DNA of 64,000 bases from contig JAHDYR010000005.1 of assembly GCA_019828565.1 (NCBI GenBank), positions 459,200 to 523,199 of the forward strand, in the 5' to 3' direction. How positions within the stretch are numbered: the stretch's first letter is position 1; each line of letters opens with the position of its first letter. The notes beneath the pieces are model-generated. The model ran no database searches. It saw only the letters and a program-made list of their open reading frames with translations, and was not told the DNA's origin. This document shows, piece by piece, positions 40,640 to 49,697 of the stretch. The translations under genes were made by a program, and so were the position numbers. The DNA comes from Carpediemonas membranifera BICM (taxonomy: Eukaryota; Protista; Fornicata).

Positions 40640-41334
40640 TAAGGGCACTATTAGTGTTCCAGATCGTACTGGCGATGACTATGTGAAGCAAGGATGCGAA
40701 GCGATCAACAAACTTGCGTCTAGTGGATACCTTGGCACCATCTAGATGTTGTTACATATGTTTCCGGTGCTCGATGAGCTTTTCGGCGCTGGACGAGCGT
40801 TCTAACTCGACAAAAGTCGATGGTCCCCGTTTGCCACAAATGACCCCCACGCCGTCTGGTGTCCATAAGTCTGCCCGCCCCCAGCGCCCGAGGATCCAAA
40901 TGGCTCGGCTGCGCTCGCACGCCCCACCCTCCGCGATGAAGCAATAAAGTTCGACGCCGAAGGAGCTGTGTAAGAAGGTAGGAAAACCCAAGTTGGTGGA
41001 GAAGATTGCACAAGCGGCTTTCCAAGCCGTTGTTGAGGGCAATGTTGTCGTCTTTGATGATTACGCGAAGCAATGCGAAGCAGCAATCAACAAGCTCGTC
41101 TCCAGCGATTACCAGGGTTCCTTCTAAGATGTTGTTAGTGTCTTTTGTTGGGTTCAGGCGCTCTTGAGGGTTTGAAGGAGAGAATGACCCAAAACGCAGT
41201 CGCGATTCGGATTGCCAAAATGACCTCAATTCAAGTCGGTGTCGGGTACTGTCCACCGCCAGCTCCGCCAGAGACCCCCGACGGCTCGGCTGCTCGCTGC
41301 GCTCGCACGCCTCAGCTTCGTGCTCGAAGTTAAG
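40640..41334 (+). pseudogene. Decayed gene with two diverged ~380-bp units
   Basis: DDYVKQGCEAINKLASS versus DDYAKQCEAAINKLVSS, and CPPPAPEDPNGSAA versus CPPPAPPETPDGSAA. Contains stop codons. Confidence 0.5.
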
Positions 41335-41544
41335 TGGCGCTAGGGAGCGCAGCTGGCAGGTTCCGGCGTGGGTCGGAAGCAACCGACCAGATTTTATATA
41401 GGCTATGTATCCGTCCAAATTCGACACAATGGTGTCGAGACGTCAGTGCTCATGAACGAGGCCGTGGCCGCGCGAGTCTACCACGCCCGGCGTGTGGCGT
41501 AAACGACGGGTATTCGTGAATTCGTTTAATCAGGTGATGCGACA
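41335..41544 (-). repeat. Probable 3' LTR (~210 bp) of a Ty3/gypsy chromovirus-type element
   Basis: On the minus strand a purine tract AGGGAGGGCAG is followed by TGTCGC...GCGCCA, with internal TATATAAAAT. No second LTR in the window. Confidence 0.55.
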
Positions 41545-42137
41545 CTGCCCTCCCTGAGCAGCTCGGGGTGAGCGGCTAAGAACTTCTTGGCGGCGGGAGT
41601 GTGGCGGACGGCGTCGATGGGCTCCCAGGACAGCTCGGAGCTACCGAGCCACTTGACGCGCAGGAAGCCGGGCTTGGACTTGACGATCCGTTCAACGTAC
41701 CATTCCTCTTGGTCTGTAGCGGCGAAGTAGGCGAGCTCGCCCTCAGAGAGGTCGGACTTGAGCGGAATGAGGTGGGACAGGTGGACTGTGCGTCGCGGTT
41801 CGTTGGCGAGGAGCGGTACGACGACTGCCGTGAACGGGTTGACCTCAATGACCTTGAACGGTCCGGTGTGGCCGTGGAGCTTGCTTTCAGCGTGGTTCTT
41901 GTGCAAGACGTAATCACCGGGCTTGACTGGAACCGACTGCGTCTCTGCCCTCCCCTCACGAGTCTTGGACTGGCGTTTGTGAGCCTTGCGGCAGAGCTTG
42001 GCCAGGAGCGCGTCCATGACGGTGAGGTATTCGGCGACAGAGGTAAGCGGGGTCTCGTCCTCGGCGTTGTTGTCTGGCTGGGGTATCTGCCGGTCGGCAG
42101 CGTGTGTGCCGTAGAGTAGCTCGAACGGGGTGAACCG
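41526..42137 (-). pseudogene. Integrase C-terminus (GPY/F) plus chromodomain, 5' cut by the F1b insertion
   Basis: FTPFELLYG, KPGDYV, HTGPFKV, VHLSHL, EEWYVERIV...RVKWLG...SWEP. Confidence 0.85.
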
Positions 42138-42209
42138 AGTACCACTCGAGCCCATTGGCACCCGGGGTGGGCTGAGACGCCCGAGAGGGCGCACGGAAAC
42201 GTGCAGTTT

Positions 42210-42782
42210 ATGGCATCAGAATTTCGAATGCCCGAAGGCACATCGGGCACGTCCGCAGAACCTCCTGTATCCCAGGAAGAGTTCCGAAAGTTTACCAACA
42301 ACGTAACTGCCACATTGGAGTTCATGAAAACGAAGATGGAGAACATCGAGGAAAGATCCATCCAGAGGGAGGTAGAACAAGAAGAGTACGAGCTAGAAAC
42401 CGATGAGCAAGCAACCCAGGGAACCTTCCAAGGCTTTCCGTCCTTCTTGTTCGATTTGGAGCTCCCCAAGAGGTACGGGCCCCGCGACGAAGCCAAGTTC
42501 CTACGCGAGATCATGCGTCTCCTGACGACCGCGGACCCGCACTCACTCGACGTGAACGATCTACTGCTCCGTCTCCTGAGCCGGTTCAAGGTCCTTCTCC
42601 TCAAGGACGACTACGACGACAACGTCTGTGACTACGCCACTGCAGCCCTGCGAGCCACGCCCCCGAAGTCTGAGATGGAGATCGAGACGATCCTCGCTAA
42701 GGCCAAGACTAAGGGCAAGCGTAAGCGTCGGAATTTTCAGGAGCAGGGCTCCAGCAGCGTCGGCCGCCGGGCCCGCTCCTAA
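42210..42782 (+). CDS. Gag-like ORF1, F1b
   Basis: Position, coiled coil, basic C-terminus and similarity to F5 ORF1. Confidence 0.75.
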   Translation: MASEFRMPEGTSGTSAEPPVSQEEFRKFTNNVTATLEFMKTKMENIEERSIQREVEQEEYELETDEQATQGTFQGFPSFLFDLELPKRYGPRDEAKFLREIMRLLTTADPHSLDVNDLLLRLLSRFKVLLLKDDYDDNVCDYATAALRATPPKSEMEIETILAKAKTKGKRKRRNFQEQGSSSVGRRARS

Positions 42783-44650
42783 TATTCCCATCAACCCGTT
42801 CGCGATGGCGGGTGTGGGAACAATTCAGGGTAGCTCCAGCAGTAGTAGCGCGGGTACGAGACGGAATCCCCGTCGAGATCACAGCGCCTCCACCACCGGC
42901 AGCCCCACAGAGGACCATCGACCCGAGGATACTTCCGAAGCTCGAATCAATGACACAACAAGGAATCATCGAGCCGACGCCCCTCAGTCAGCTCAAGCAC
43001 AGCGCCCCGCTGTTTGCTGTCCCCAAGGGGGAAGACATAAGAGTGATCCACGACCTGAGGCGGCTGAACACGGTCACACGCGAACGCCGCTCCTTCCGTC
43101 TGTTCGGCATACGTCGTGCCATCAACACACTCTCCAGCCAGGCCTGGATGGCCAAGATAGACCTAAGATCCGGCTACTCACAGCTGGCCATCAGAGACTC
43201 GGACAAACCGCTCCTGGGCATCGCTCTGCCCGACGGTCGGGCGTTCCAATACCGCACGCTAGGCTTCGGTTGGACCGCCGCGCCTTATTTCTTCCAGTCC
43301 GCTATGGTCCAGGTAGCAAAGGTCATCGCCCTCCGCCACAAGGTAATCGTCAACGTCTACCTCGACGACTTCTTACTGTCAGCCGACAGCAGAGACCACC
43401 TCAGCAAGGAAATACCCAAGATCATCAAGACGATGGAGGCACTGGGCCTCATCCCGTCGCTGGAGAAGTGCATCTTAACACCGTGCCAGTGCATAGAATT
43501 CCTTGGCCTGCTCCTGAACACCACGTCCAACACCATCCGTCTCCCCGCCGACAAGGCCAAGAGGTACGCAGAGGCCCTATCAGAAGCACTCGTCAAGAAG
43601 CGCATCCGCGCGAAAGACTGGGCGAAGATCGTAGGCAAGCTCTCCTTCTTCGCCACCTCTGCAAGACGGGCTACCCTGAAGCTCCGCACGCTCCCCTCTG
43701 CCACGGAGAACTGGGTCGACATCCACCCCTACACAGCAGACCTCAAGGAGTGGCTGCAGCTCCTGGCCGTCCGACCAACCCGCTCCTTCGCCGAGTTGAA
43801 GAACCTATGGTCTCAGGACCAGCAACTAGAGCTGATTATTTCCACAGATGCGTCGGGCACAGGCTGGGGAGCCCAGTGGACCAACACGTCCGCGAACTCC
43901 CACGGTTCTTTCAAGGGCGCACTGGCGGAACAATCTATCAACGTGAAGGAGCTCGCCGCAGTCCTCTTTGGCTCACGCATCATACCAGCACAGGACTCAG
44001 AGCGCAATCTCACGGTCTTCTCAGACAACAGCTCGTGCGTCGCCTGGATCAACAAGGAGGGCAGCTCAAAGGCCCCCCCGATGGCGCTACAGACACTCAG
44101 GATACTCTACAAGGAGATGGAACGCAAGAAGCTCCTCATACACGCTCGACACACCCCAGGCCACCTCAATCTCGCCGCAGACCGACTGTCACGCGGGTTG
44201 TCCACCCCACCCCACGTGCTGGAGACAATTCTCGAGACTTGGGGCCCCGTCGACGTGGACGGCCTGTTCAGGGACTGGCGCGGACACCGCGTTTATGCCG
44301 CGCCACACCCGTCCCCGATGACCTTGGGACGGACATGGCAGACCCTCCTACCGATCTTAACGACCCCGACTACATCCCCTCCGAACTCGTGGACCTCAGC
44401 ATGCTTCCTCGTCGTGCCAGACATTACGAGCCCCGAACTCCAACAACTCAAGGCGCACGCGACATGCAAGATTCCCTTCTCAGTACCGAAAGACGACTTC
44501 GCATCAGAGGACCAACAACTCCTAGACCGTCTCTCCAGGCCAAACGGGACCATCCGCTTCATAGCTCTCGCCTTCAGGACACGTTCTCCAGAATCCTGCA
44601 GCACCCAATACTGTCTCACATGCGCCGAGACGAGTCCAAGCGCTCAGTAG
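42725..44650 (+). CDS. RT-RNase H-MT-like ORF, F1b (no ATG before the conserved N-terminus; -1 overlap with gag)
   Basis: Frame opens after TAA 42722. RVIHDLR, DLRSGY, LGFGW, YLDD, TDAS, INVKEL, SDN, ADRLSR. Confidence 0.9.
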   Translation, partial: ASEFSGAGLQQRRPPGPLLIFPSTRSRWRVWEQFRVAPAVVARVRDGIPVEITAPPPPAAPQRTIDPRILPKLESMTQQGIIEPTPLSQLKHSAPLFAVPKGEDIRVIHDLRRLNTVTRERRSFRLFGIRRAINTLSSQAWMAKIDLRSGYSQLAIRDSDKPLLGIALPDGRAFQYRTLGFGWTAAPYFFQSAMVQVAKVIALRHKVIVNVYLDDFLLSADSRDHLSKEIPKIIKTMEALGLIPSLEKCILTPCQCIEFLGLLLNTTSNTIRLPADKAKRYAEALSEALVKKRIRAKDWAKIVGKLSFFATSARRATLKLRTLPSATENWVDIHPYTADLKEWLQLLAVRPTRSFAELKNLWSQDQQLELIISTDASGTGWGAQWTNTSANSHGSFKGALAEQSINVKELAAVLFGSRIIPAQDSERNLTVFSDNSSCVAWINKEGSSKAPPMALQTLRILYKEMERKKLLIHARHTPGHLNLAADRLSRGLSTPPHVLETILETWGPVDVDGLFRDWRGHRVYAAPHPSPMTLGRTWQTLLPILTTPTTSPPNSWTSACFLVVPDITSPELQQLKAHATCKIPFSVPKDDFASEDQQLLDRLSRPNGTIRFIALAFRTRSPESCSTQYCLTCAETSPSAQ

Positions 44651-45483
44651 CCGGATGGATTACAGCATTCCTTGAGTACCGCGACCCACACGAGGACGAC
44701 ACCGATGAGTACCGAGCCTTCCTGGAGGACGAGGCCGAGTATAATGCACCAGCCACGGTCGATCGAAAGGGATACTGGATCGAGAAGGCCGCCCCACTCT
44801 TTTCCGACTGGACCCCCAGCACCTACTGTCCACAAATCAGAAGAGGCATAGCAGACAACGCCAACACCACCGGCATGACAGGCGGGTCAGCCCCAGTCAC
44901 AAGGGAGGACATGATCAGGGCCATCAAGTCCAGGAACAGCGACATCGCGACGTACCAAGCGACACTATTCGCCGCGATTGCTTACCTGACCGTGAGCCGC
45001 GGAGCTGAAATCTTCAACCTGACGAGCGCTGACATCGTGTTCAAGACAAACGGGGACGCCCAGCTGCTCCTTGGTCGCACAAAGACGCTTGCAAAGGTCA
45101 CTAAGTCACTACCCAACACCCTACTAGGCCCATTCAACCCAGCGCTGGCCCTGAAGAGATGGGTACGAGGCTTGAACCTTCCACCGGACGCCTGCATCTG
45201 GCGCGCGATCACATCCTCATCGAAGGTCAGCCGTAAGACCCCGTGCACAATGCGACGTATGCGAGAGGAGCTACGCACAGTCTTCCACGACAACAGGATT
45301 GGCCTACACAGCTTCCGCAAGGGAGCGGCTTCCGAACTGGCACTAGCAGGCACACCGATAGAGACCTTACTCCAACTCGGAACCTGGGCTAACGGCAACT
45401 CTCTCCGGCCTTACATCGGGGAGGCTATCCGCAACCACCCTCGTCAAACCCGACAAACTGCAAACACCCTGTTCCCATTCTAA
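42805..45483 (+). CDS. Overlapping YR ORF, F1b (start uncertain; first ATG at 42805)
   Basis: SRGAE, RTKT, HSFRKG, GTW, LRPY. Confidence 0.85.
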   Translation: MAGVGTIQGSSSSSSAGTRRNPRRDHSASTTGSPTEDHRPEDTSEARINDTTRNHRADAPQSAQAQRPAVCCPQGGRHKSDPRPEAAEHGHTRTPLLPSVRHTSCHQHTLQPGLDGQDRPKIRLLTAGHQRLGQTAPGHRSARRSGVPIPHARLRLDRRALFLPVRYGPGSKGHRPPPQGNRQRLPRRLLTVSRQQRPPQQGNTQDHQDDGGTGPHPVAGEVHLNTVPVHRIPWPAPEHHVQHHPSPRRQGQEVRRGPIRSTRQEAHPRERLGEDRRQALLLRHLCKTGYPEAPHAPLCHGELGRHPPLHSRPQGVAAAPGRPTNPLLRRVEEPMVSGPATRADYFHRCVGHRLGSPVDQHVRELPRFFQGRTGGTIYQREGARRSPLWLTHHTSTGLRAQSHGLLRQQLVRRLDQQGGQLKGPPDGATDTQDTLQGDGTQEAPHTRSTHPRPPQSRRRPTVTRVVHPTPRAGDNSRDLGPRRRGRPVQGLARTPRLCRATPVPDDLGTDMADPPTDLNDPDYIPSELVDLSMLPRRARHYEPRTPTTQGARDMQDSLLSTERRLRIRGPTTPRPSLQAKRDHPLHSSRLQDTFSRILQHPILSHMRRDESKRSVAGWITAFLEYRDPHEDDTDEYRAFLEDEAEYNAPATVDRKGYWIEKAAPLFSDWTPSTYCPQIRRGIADNANTTGMTGGSAPVTREDMIRAIKSRNSDIATYQATLFAAIAYLTVSRGAEIFNLTSADIVFKTNGDAQLLLGRTKTLAKVTKSLPNTLLGPFNPALALKRWVRGLNLPPDACIWRAITSSSKVSRKTPCTMRRMREELRTVFHDNRIGLHSFRKGAASELALAGTPIETLLQLGTWANGNSLRPYIGEAIRNHPRQTRQTANTLFPF

Positions 45484-45692
45484 CACCATAAACCATCGCA
45501 CCGGAGGCCGTCAAGGAGACACCCGGTCCAGCCGAAAGCAGCAAGGAGCTGCTGGCACTTGAGGCAGGCATGGAGCCGCCATACTCCACTGTAATTACTC
45601 TACTTACCTCAGATCTGCGGACGGTGTTCCCCTTTGGGAGTATGAGTTAGGTGGCTAGCCTAGTCTAGCCCGTCGCAACGGACAATAAAGTT

Positions 45693-45774
45693 CGACACCG
45701 ATGGGATTTGAACCCATGCTCCCAGAGGGAAACAGATTTCTAATCTGTCGCCTTAACCACTCGGCCACAGTGTC
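45693..45774 (-). tRNA. tRNA-Ser(AGA)
   Basis: Reverse complement GACACTGTGGCCGAGTGGTTAAGGCGACAGATTAGAAATCTGTTTCCCTCTGGGAGCATGGGTTCAAATCCCATCGGTGTCG: 82 nt with long variable arm, no encoded CCA. Confidence 0.96.
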
Positions 45775-45967
45775 TGGCATACCGTCGTAGACGCGATGCG
45801 TAAGTACGCCTCGGGGCGTGGTACAGGCCCAGATGGACTACCGGCCATCTGGTACAAATATTCGAGAGAGATCGAATATTGACCAAATATTCGAATCAAA
45901 TCTACGGTCCAGTTCAGACCAATTTTACCAAGGGGTTAAAACCCCATTCCCCGGTAGTTCCGAGAAG

Positions 45968-46486
45968 ATGGGCGACGCACAGCCCCCCGTGACACTGGAG
46001 AGCCTGGAGGCCCTGGTGCGGTCACAGGCTGCTACAATAGCATCACTGAGCGAGAATCTTGACGATGTCCGCACGAATGCTGAGGATGTACGCAAACCCA
46101 CCAAAATCCCAGCAGTGCTCAAAGAATTCCAACACCTGCGCGCCCTACACGGAGAAATCAAGTCAATCCTGGCTGACCCCAGCAAGGAGACGATTGCTGA
46201 CATAACCACAGCCATTAATCTTGCCGTTGAAAAGCGCCTCGAGTTCCTCCGAGTCCTCGACTCTGCCAACGAAGAAGCGGCCGCCTACTTTATCGTCACC
46301 GCCGAGGACATATCCAACGTCAAGGACCTCGTCAAGGTCGCCGCCAAGGCCAAGAAGGCCATCCCTGCCACGCGGGCTCACACATCACACCGGTTCGCCA
46401 AGCGTCCCTTCCGAAACCACGGATACAACAACCACAGATTCCAGAAAGCCTCGGGCAACCGCAATGCGGCCCCGGGGCAGCAGTAG
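45968..46486 (+). CDS. Gag-like ORF1, F3
   Basis: Clear homologue of F2 gag. Confidence 0.8.
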   Translation: MGDAQPPVTLESLEALVRSQAATIASLSENLDDVRTNAEDVRKPTKIPAVLKEFQHLRALHGEIKSILADPSKETIADITTAINLAVEKRLEFLRVLDSANEEAAAYFIVTAEDISNVKDLVKVAAKAKKAIPATRAHTSHRFAKRPFRNHGYNNHRFQKASGNRNAAPGQQ

Positions 46487-46502
46487 TTGCCCAAGTGAGG
46501 TT

Positions 46503-49500
46503 ATGCCATCCTCAGATATAAAAGGCACCGTCTACGTTTTGAATACAGAGAAGAATGTCACAAGAGCAAGCAAGAAGCGAAACAAGCCAGGACACATGGC
46601 ACCTATTGTCCGACGCTCAGCCCGTCTCTGGTCCAGGTCAACGGACACACGTGGTTGGCTCAATGAGTCGAGCGTGGAAAGAGTGGGAGGCCATGGGGGC
46701 CAGCACGAGTGTCGTGGACTTACTCCGGCAGGGAGTCCCAGTACAGGACGGGCAGACGACGAACTCGTCGCCCAACGGGTCACAGGGCCCGATCACAGAC
46801 ACAATCAACGAGCTAATGGAGCTGCAAGCAGTGGAGCAGTGTGCACCGACAGAGGTAGCGCAAGTCTGCCCAATCTTCATGACGCTGAAGAAGAACCACA
46901 TAGACTGGCGCCTCATCCACGACCTGAGGCCGGTGAACTGGTACCAGACAACCAGGCGATTCCGACTGAAGGGATTGACCGAGATAGCGAATGCACTGAC
47001 CAAGGGGGCGTGGCTCGCCAGCGTGGACCTGAAGAGCGGATATTACCAAGTCCTGGTCGAACAGACGGGTCGGAAATGGCTAGGCTTCCAGCACGAAGGG
47101 AACACGTACCGCTGGAACGCGCTTCCTTTCGGCCTCAACACGGCCCCGGAAGCATTTCAATCGATCACGGCGCAGGCGGCGAAGATCATCCGCCGAGAGC
47201 TCTCTCTCACAGTGTTCGTCTACCTAGACGACCTGTTGTTCGCCGACCCATCACAGCAAGAGCTAGCACGAAAGATGCCCGAAGTCCTGAAGATAATGGA
47301 GCGGCTAGGAATGATAATCTCGAGAAACAAGTGCGTTCTTACACCGACACGACGAATCGAGTACCTGGGAATAGTTATCGATACGCGCAAGAACACAATG
47401 TCTCTTCCGAACGACAAGCGCGTGGAGCTGAGAAGAATGATCGATCAGGTGCTCAAAGAACGAAGAACAACGAAGATAGAACTCCAGCGACTCATTGGCA
47501 AACTCCTTTTCGCCAGATTCGCAGTAGGAGCAAGAACGCTTCCTCGACTGAGAGAACTCCAGTTAATGGTGACTGCGCCGAGTCAGCGATTTACGAGAGC
47601 CTCCATGCCCCGAGACGCCCGCACAGACCTCAGATGGTGGGCGCATGTGATCGCGACAGACCCGCAGTACGCAATGCAGGGGTCACCGCGACCGGAGATC
47701 AGGGTCGAGACAGACGCCTCGGACGTAGCCTACGGCGCGACAATATGGACAGACAGCGAGAGGATGGAGATCCAGGGCCGGTTCAAGCAGTCATGCATAC
47801 ACAAGTCGATCAACTGCAAAGAGGCGAGGGCCATAACCACGGCGCTGCGACACTGGGCACATGTGATCCGAGACAGAGATGTCCTGATCGCGGGAGACAA
47901 CACCTCGTCACTCGCGTGGGTTGCAAAGAGTTCGACGAAGGCCCCAGCCCACATTCGCCGGGAGATCGCCGACCTACACGACTTCCTGCATGCCAACGGT
48001 TGCCGCTTGAGAGTCAAACATATCGCAGGTGTATTCAACACAACGGCCGATGCTCTGTCGAGGTACAAGAAGCTCGATTGGGCCATGCCAGCGGCCCTGC
48101 TGGCAGCTGCGATAGAGAGGTGGGGAGCAGTGGACCGAGCGCTGTTCGCGGCCGAAAGGTTCTTACCCCAGGACTACGACTACTGCAGAGACGCGTTCAC
48201 AGCGAACTGGACAGAGTGCCGGTCAGTGGCGGTCCCCCCGGTGGCCATGCTCGACCGAGTGGCCGAACGACTGGAGGCAATCGTAGACCAACGAGAAGAG
48301 AGACATCCCAGTCAACAACAGTCAGGAATCCTAGTTATCGCCCCAGTCAGGCAGACGAACATCGACTTGCGCCTTATCCGAGTCGCACAGGAGACAGTCA
48401 ACGCATCGCTACCAGCCCACTGGTGGGCAGACACGGAGTTGGCGGTACTGTTCGAGGGCAAGACACACATTCCCTTCAGGGCGTACTGGGTCCCGGTGAT
48501 GACGTCAGCCTCGGAATCTTCCTATCAGCATCAGCAGTGCAAGCGCGACACCGAGCACTAAGAGCCGCAGGCGTGACACCCGACAGAACCAGAACGCAGA
48601 TAATATGGTCCCGGGCTAGCCGTCCTAAGAACGAGGACGTCGAGAGAAAGGTCGCGTCCAGCCCGCTCCTGCTCCGCCTCGAGAAGGTGACGCGTGATCG
48701 AATTGCAACAGAGACCGCAAAGTTCACATTCTTCCGCAACATGACCAGAGAACCAGATGACTCGGACTTCGAGGCCTACCTCGGACAAAATGACGACCCG
48801 GCACCAACCCCACGGGAAGCTGCATGGGAGATCGTACGACAAGCCCACGAGAAAATCCATGACCAGAAGTGGGTGCAAGAGTTCGAGGAGGTGGCAATCG
48901 CGGGGGATGATGACGACACACTGCTATGGTTCATTATAGGGGAGGTGCCCTTCCTCGCCAAAGACTCACTGCTAACGAAGGAGGCAAACATCAGAGATGG
49001 AATGACCGCATTGGGCGAACCCATAGAATGCCCACCACTCCACCGGGCCCTGATCAAGGCTTGTGGCAGATTGGCTGGAAGGTGCCCAACGTCAAGCCAG
49101 CGTCGAACAGGGAAAGCATGGCCAATAGCCAGGGAGACCCTGTCACAGGCCGCGGTGCAAGCAGGCAAGAGCGCCACACCAGCATTGACTCAAGCAATAG
49201 CTTTCGGGCTGGTCGGGTTCGCGACAATATCTCGGTCGGGGGAGATACGGGGGCTCTCAACATCAGACGTCGAACGACACGGCAGGGACATCACCATCAC
49301 CATACGACGCTCCAAGACATCGGATGAACCCATGCTAAAGCTGGTCCCTAACGTCCCCGGAGACGACAACCCGGCAGACTGGCTTGCGAGACATATGGAA
49401 AACCTCCCAGATGAAGGACCCCTGTGGCGCTCATTCGAGGCCAGGGACGCGATCAAGGACAACAGGTCCTCCCTGATGAACAGAGACCACCCTTGGAGAA

Positions 49501-49697
49501 GATGGGAGATGTCCATGGACCTAGAGGAGGTGCTGCGCGCGTCGGGCCACTCATTCCGGAGAGGAGGCGCAGTCCACATGATGAAGCTAGGTGTAGCCCC
49601 AGCAGTGATCCAAGCAATCGGGGGCTGGAAACAGCTCGACTCGATGCAGACCTACGTCAGTGAAGCCGTGCGCCTCTCCACGAGCGCTTGGGTGTAG
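46503..49697 (+). CDS. Overlapping YR ORF, F3
   Basis: MPSSDIKGTVY..RRSARL, SRSGE, SKT, HSFRRG, GGW, QTY. Confidence 0.88.
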   Translation: MPSSDIKGTVYVLNTEKNVTRASKKRNKPGHMAPIVRRSARLWSRSTDTRGWLNESSVERVGGHGGQHECRGLTPAGSPSTGRADDELVAQRVTGPDHRHNQRANGAASSGAVCTDRGSASLPNLHDAEEEPHRLAPHPRPEAGELVPDNQAIPTEGIDRDSECTDQGGVARQRGPEERILPSPGRTDGSEMARLPARREHVPLERASFRPQHGPGSISIDHGAGGEDHPPRALSHSVRLPRRPVVRRPITARASTKDARSPEDNGAARNDNLEKQVRSYTDTTNRVPGNSYRYAQEHNVSSERQARGAEKNDRSGAQRTKNNEDRTPATHWQTPFRQIRSRSKNASSTERTPVNGDCAESAIYESLHAPRRPHRPQMVGACDRDRPAVRNAGVTATGDQGRDRRLGRSLRRDNMDRQREDGDPGPVQAVMHTQVDQLQRGEGHNHGAATLGTCDPRQRCPDRGRQHLVTRVGCKEFDEGPSPHSPGDRRPTRLPACQRLPLESQTYRRCIQHNGRCSVEVQEARLGHASGPAGSCDREVGSSGPSAVRGRKVLTPGLRLLQRRVHSELDRVPVSGGPPGGHARPSGRTTGGNRRPTRRETSQSTTVRNPSYRPSQADEHRLAPYPSRTGDSQRIATSPLVGRHGVGGTVRGQDTHSLQGVLGPGDDVSLGIFLSASAVQARHRALRAAGVTPDRTRTQIIWSRASRPKNEDVERKVASSPLLLRLEKVTRDRIATETAKFTFFRNMTREPDDSDFEAYLGQNDDPAPTPREAAWEIVRQAHEKIHDQKWVQEFEEVAIAGDDDDTLLWFIIGEVPFLAKDSLLTKEANIRDGMTALGEPIECPPLHRALIKACGRLAGRCPTSSQRRTGKAWPIARETLSQAAVQAGKSATPALTQAIAFGLVGFATISRSGEIRGLSTSDVERHGRDITITIRRSKTSDEPMLKLVPNVPGDDNPADWLARHMENLPDEGPLWRSFEARDAIKDNRSSLMNRDHPWRRWEMSMDLEEVLRASGHSFRRGGAVHMMKLGVAPAVIQAIGGWKQLDSMQTYVSEAVRLSTSAWV
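46555..48561 (+). CDS. RT-RNase H-MT-like protein, F3
   Basis: YLDD, ETDAS, INCKE, GDN, ADALSR, DAFTANW. Confidence 0.95.
   Translation: MSQEQARSETSQDTWHLLSDAQPVSGPGQRTHVVGSMSRAWKEWEAMGASTSVVDLLRQGVPVQDGQTTNSSPNGSQGPITDTINELMELQAVEQCAPTEVAQVCPIFMTLKKNHIDWRLIHDLRPVNWYQTTRRFRLKGLTEIANALTKGAWLASVDLKSGYYQVLVEQTGRKWLGFQHEGNTYRWNALPFGLNTAPEAFQSITAQAAKIIRRELSLTVFVYLDDLLFADPSQQELARKMPEVLKIMERLGMIISRNKCVLTPTRRIEYLGIVIDTRKNTMSLPNDKRVELRRMIDQVLKERRTTKIELQRLIGKLLFARFAVGARTLPRLRELQLMVTAPSQRFTRASMPRDARTDLRWWAHVIATDPQYAMQGSPRPEIRVETDASDVAYGATIWTDSERMEIQGRFKQSCIHKSINCKEARAITTALRHWAHVIRDRDVLIAGDNTSSLAWVAKSSTKAPAHIRREIADLHDFLHANGCRLRVKHIAGVFNTTADALSRYKKLDWAMPAALLAAAIERWGAVDRALFAAERFLPQDYDYCRDAFTANWTECRSVAVPPVAMLDRVAERLEAIVDQREERHPSQQQSGILVIAPVRQTNIDLRLIRVAQETVNASLPAHWWADTELAVLFEGKTHIPFRAYWVPVMTSASESSYQHQQCKRDTEH

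Larger units (their letters stand above)
42138..45774 (+). mobile_element. YR retrotransposon F1b ending at an antisense tRNA-Ser
   Basis: Gag, RT-RH-MT and YR. Left end GTACC plus hairpins, at the point where the gypsy integrase breaks. No A2 copy before the tRNA. Confidence 0.88.

Noticed and set aside
40720-41427. 235-aa minus-strand ORF
   Set aside because: No motifs. It spans the LTR boundary and is antisense to the decayed plus-strand repeat.
45528-45565. Hammerhead-like GAAA plus hairpin in the F1b 3' UTR
   Set aside because: No CTGANGA core and no UH cleavage site.
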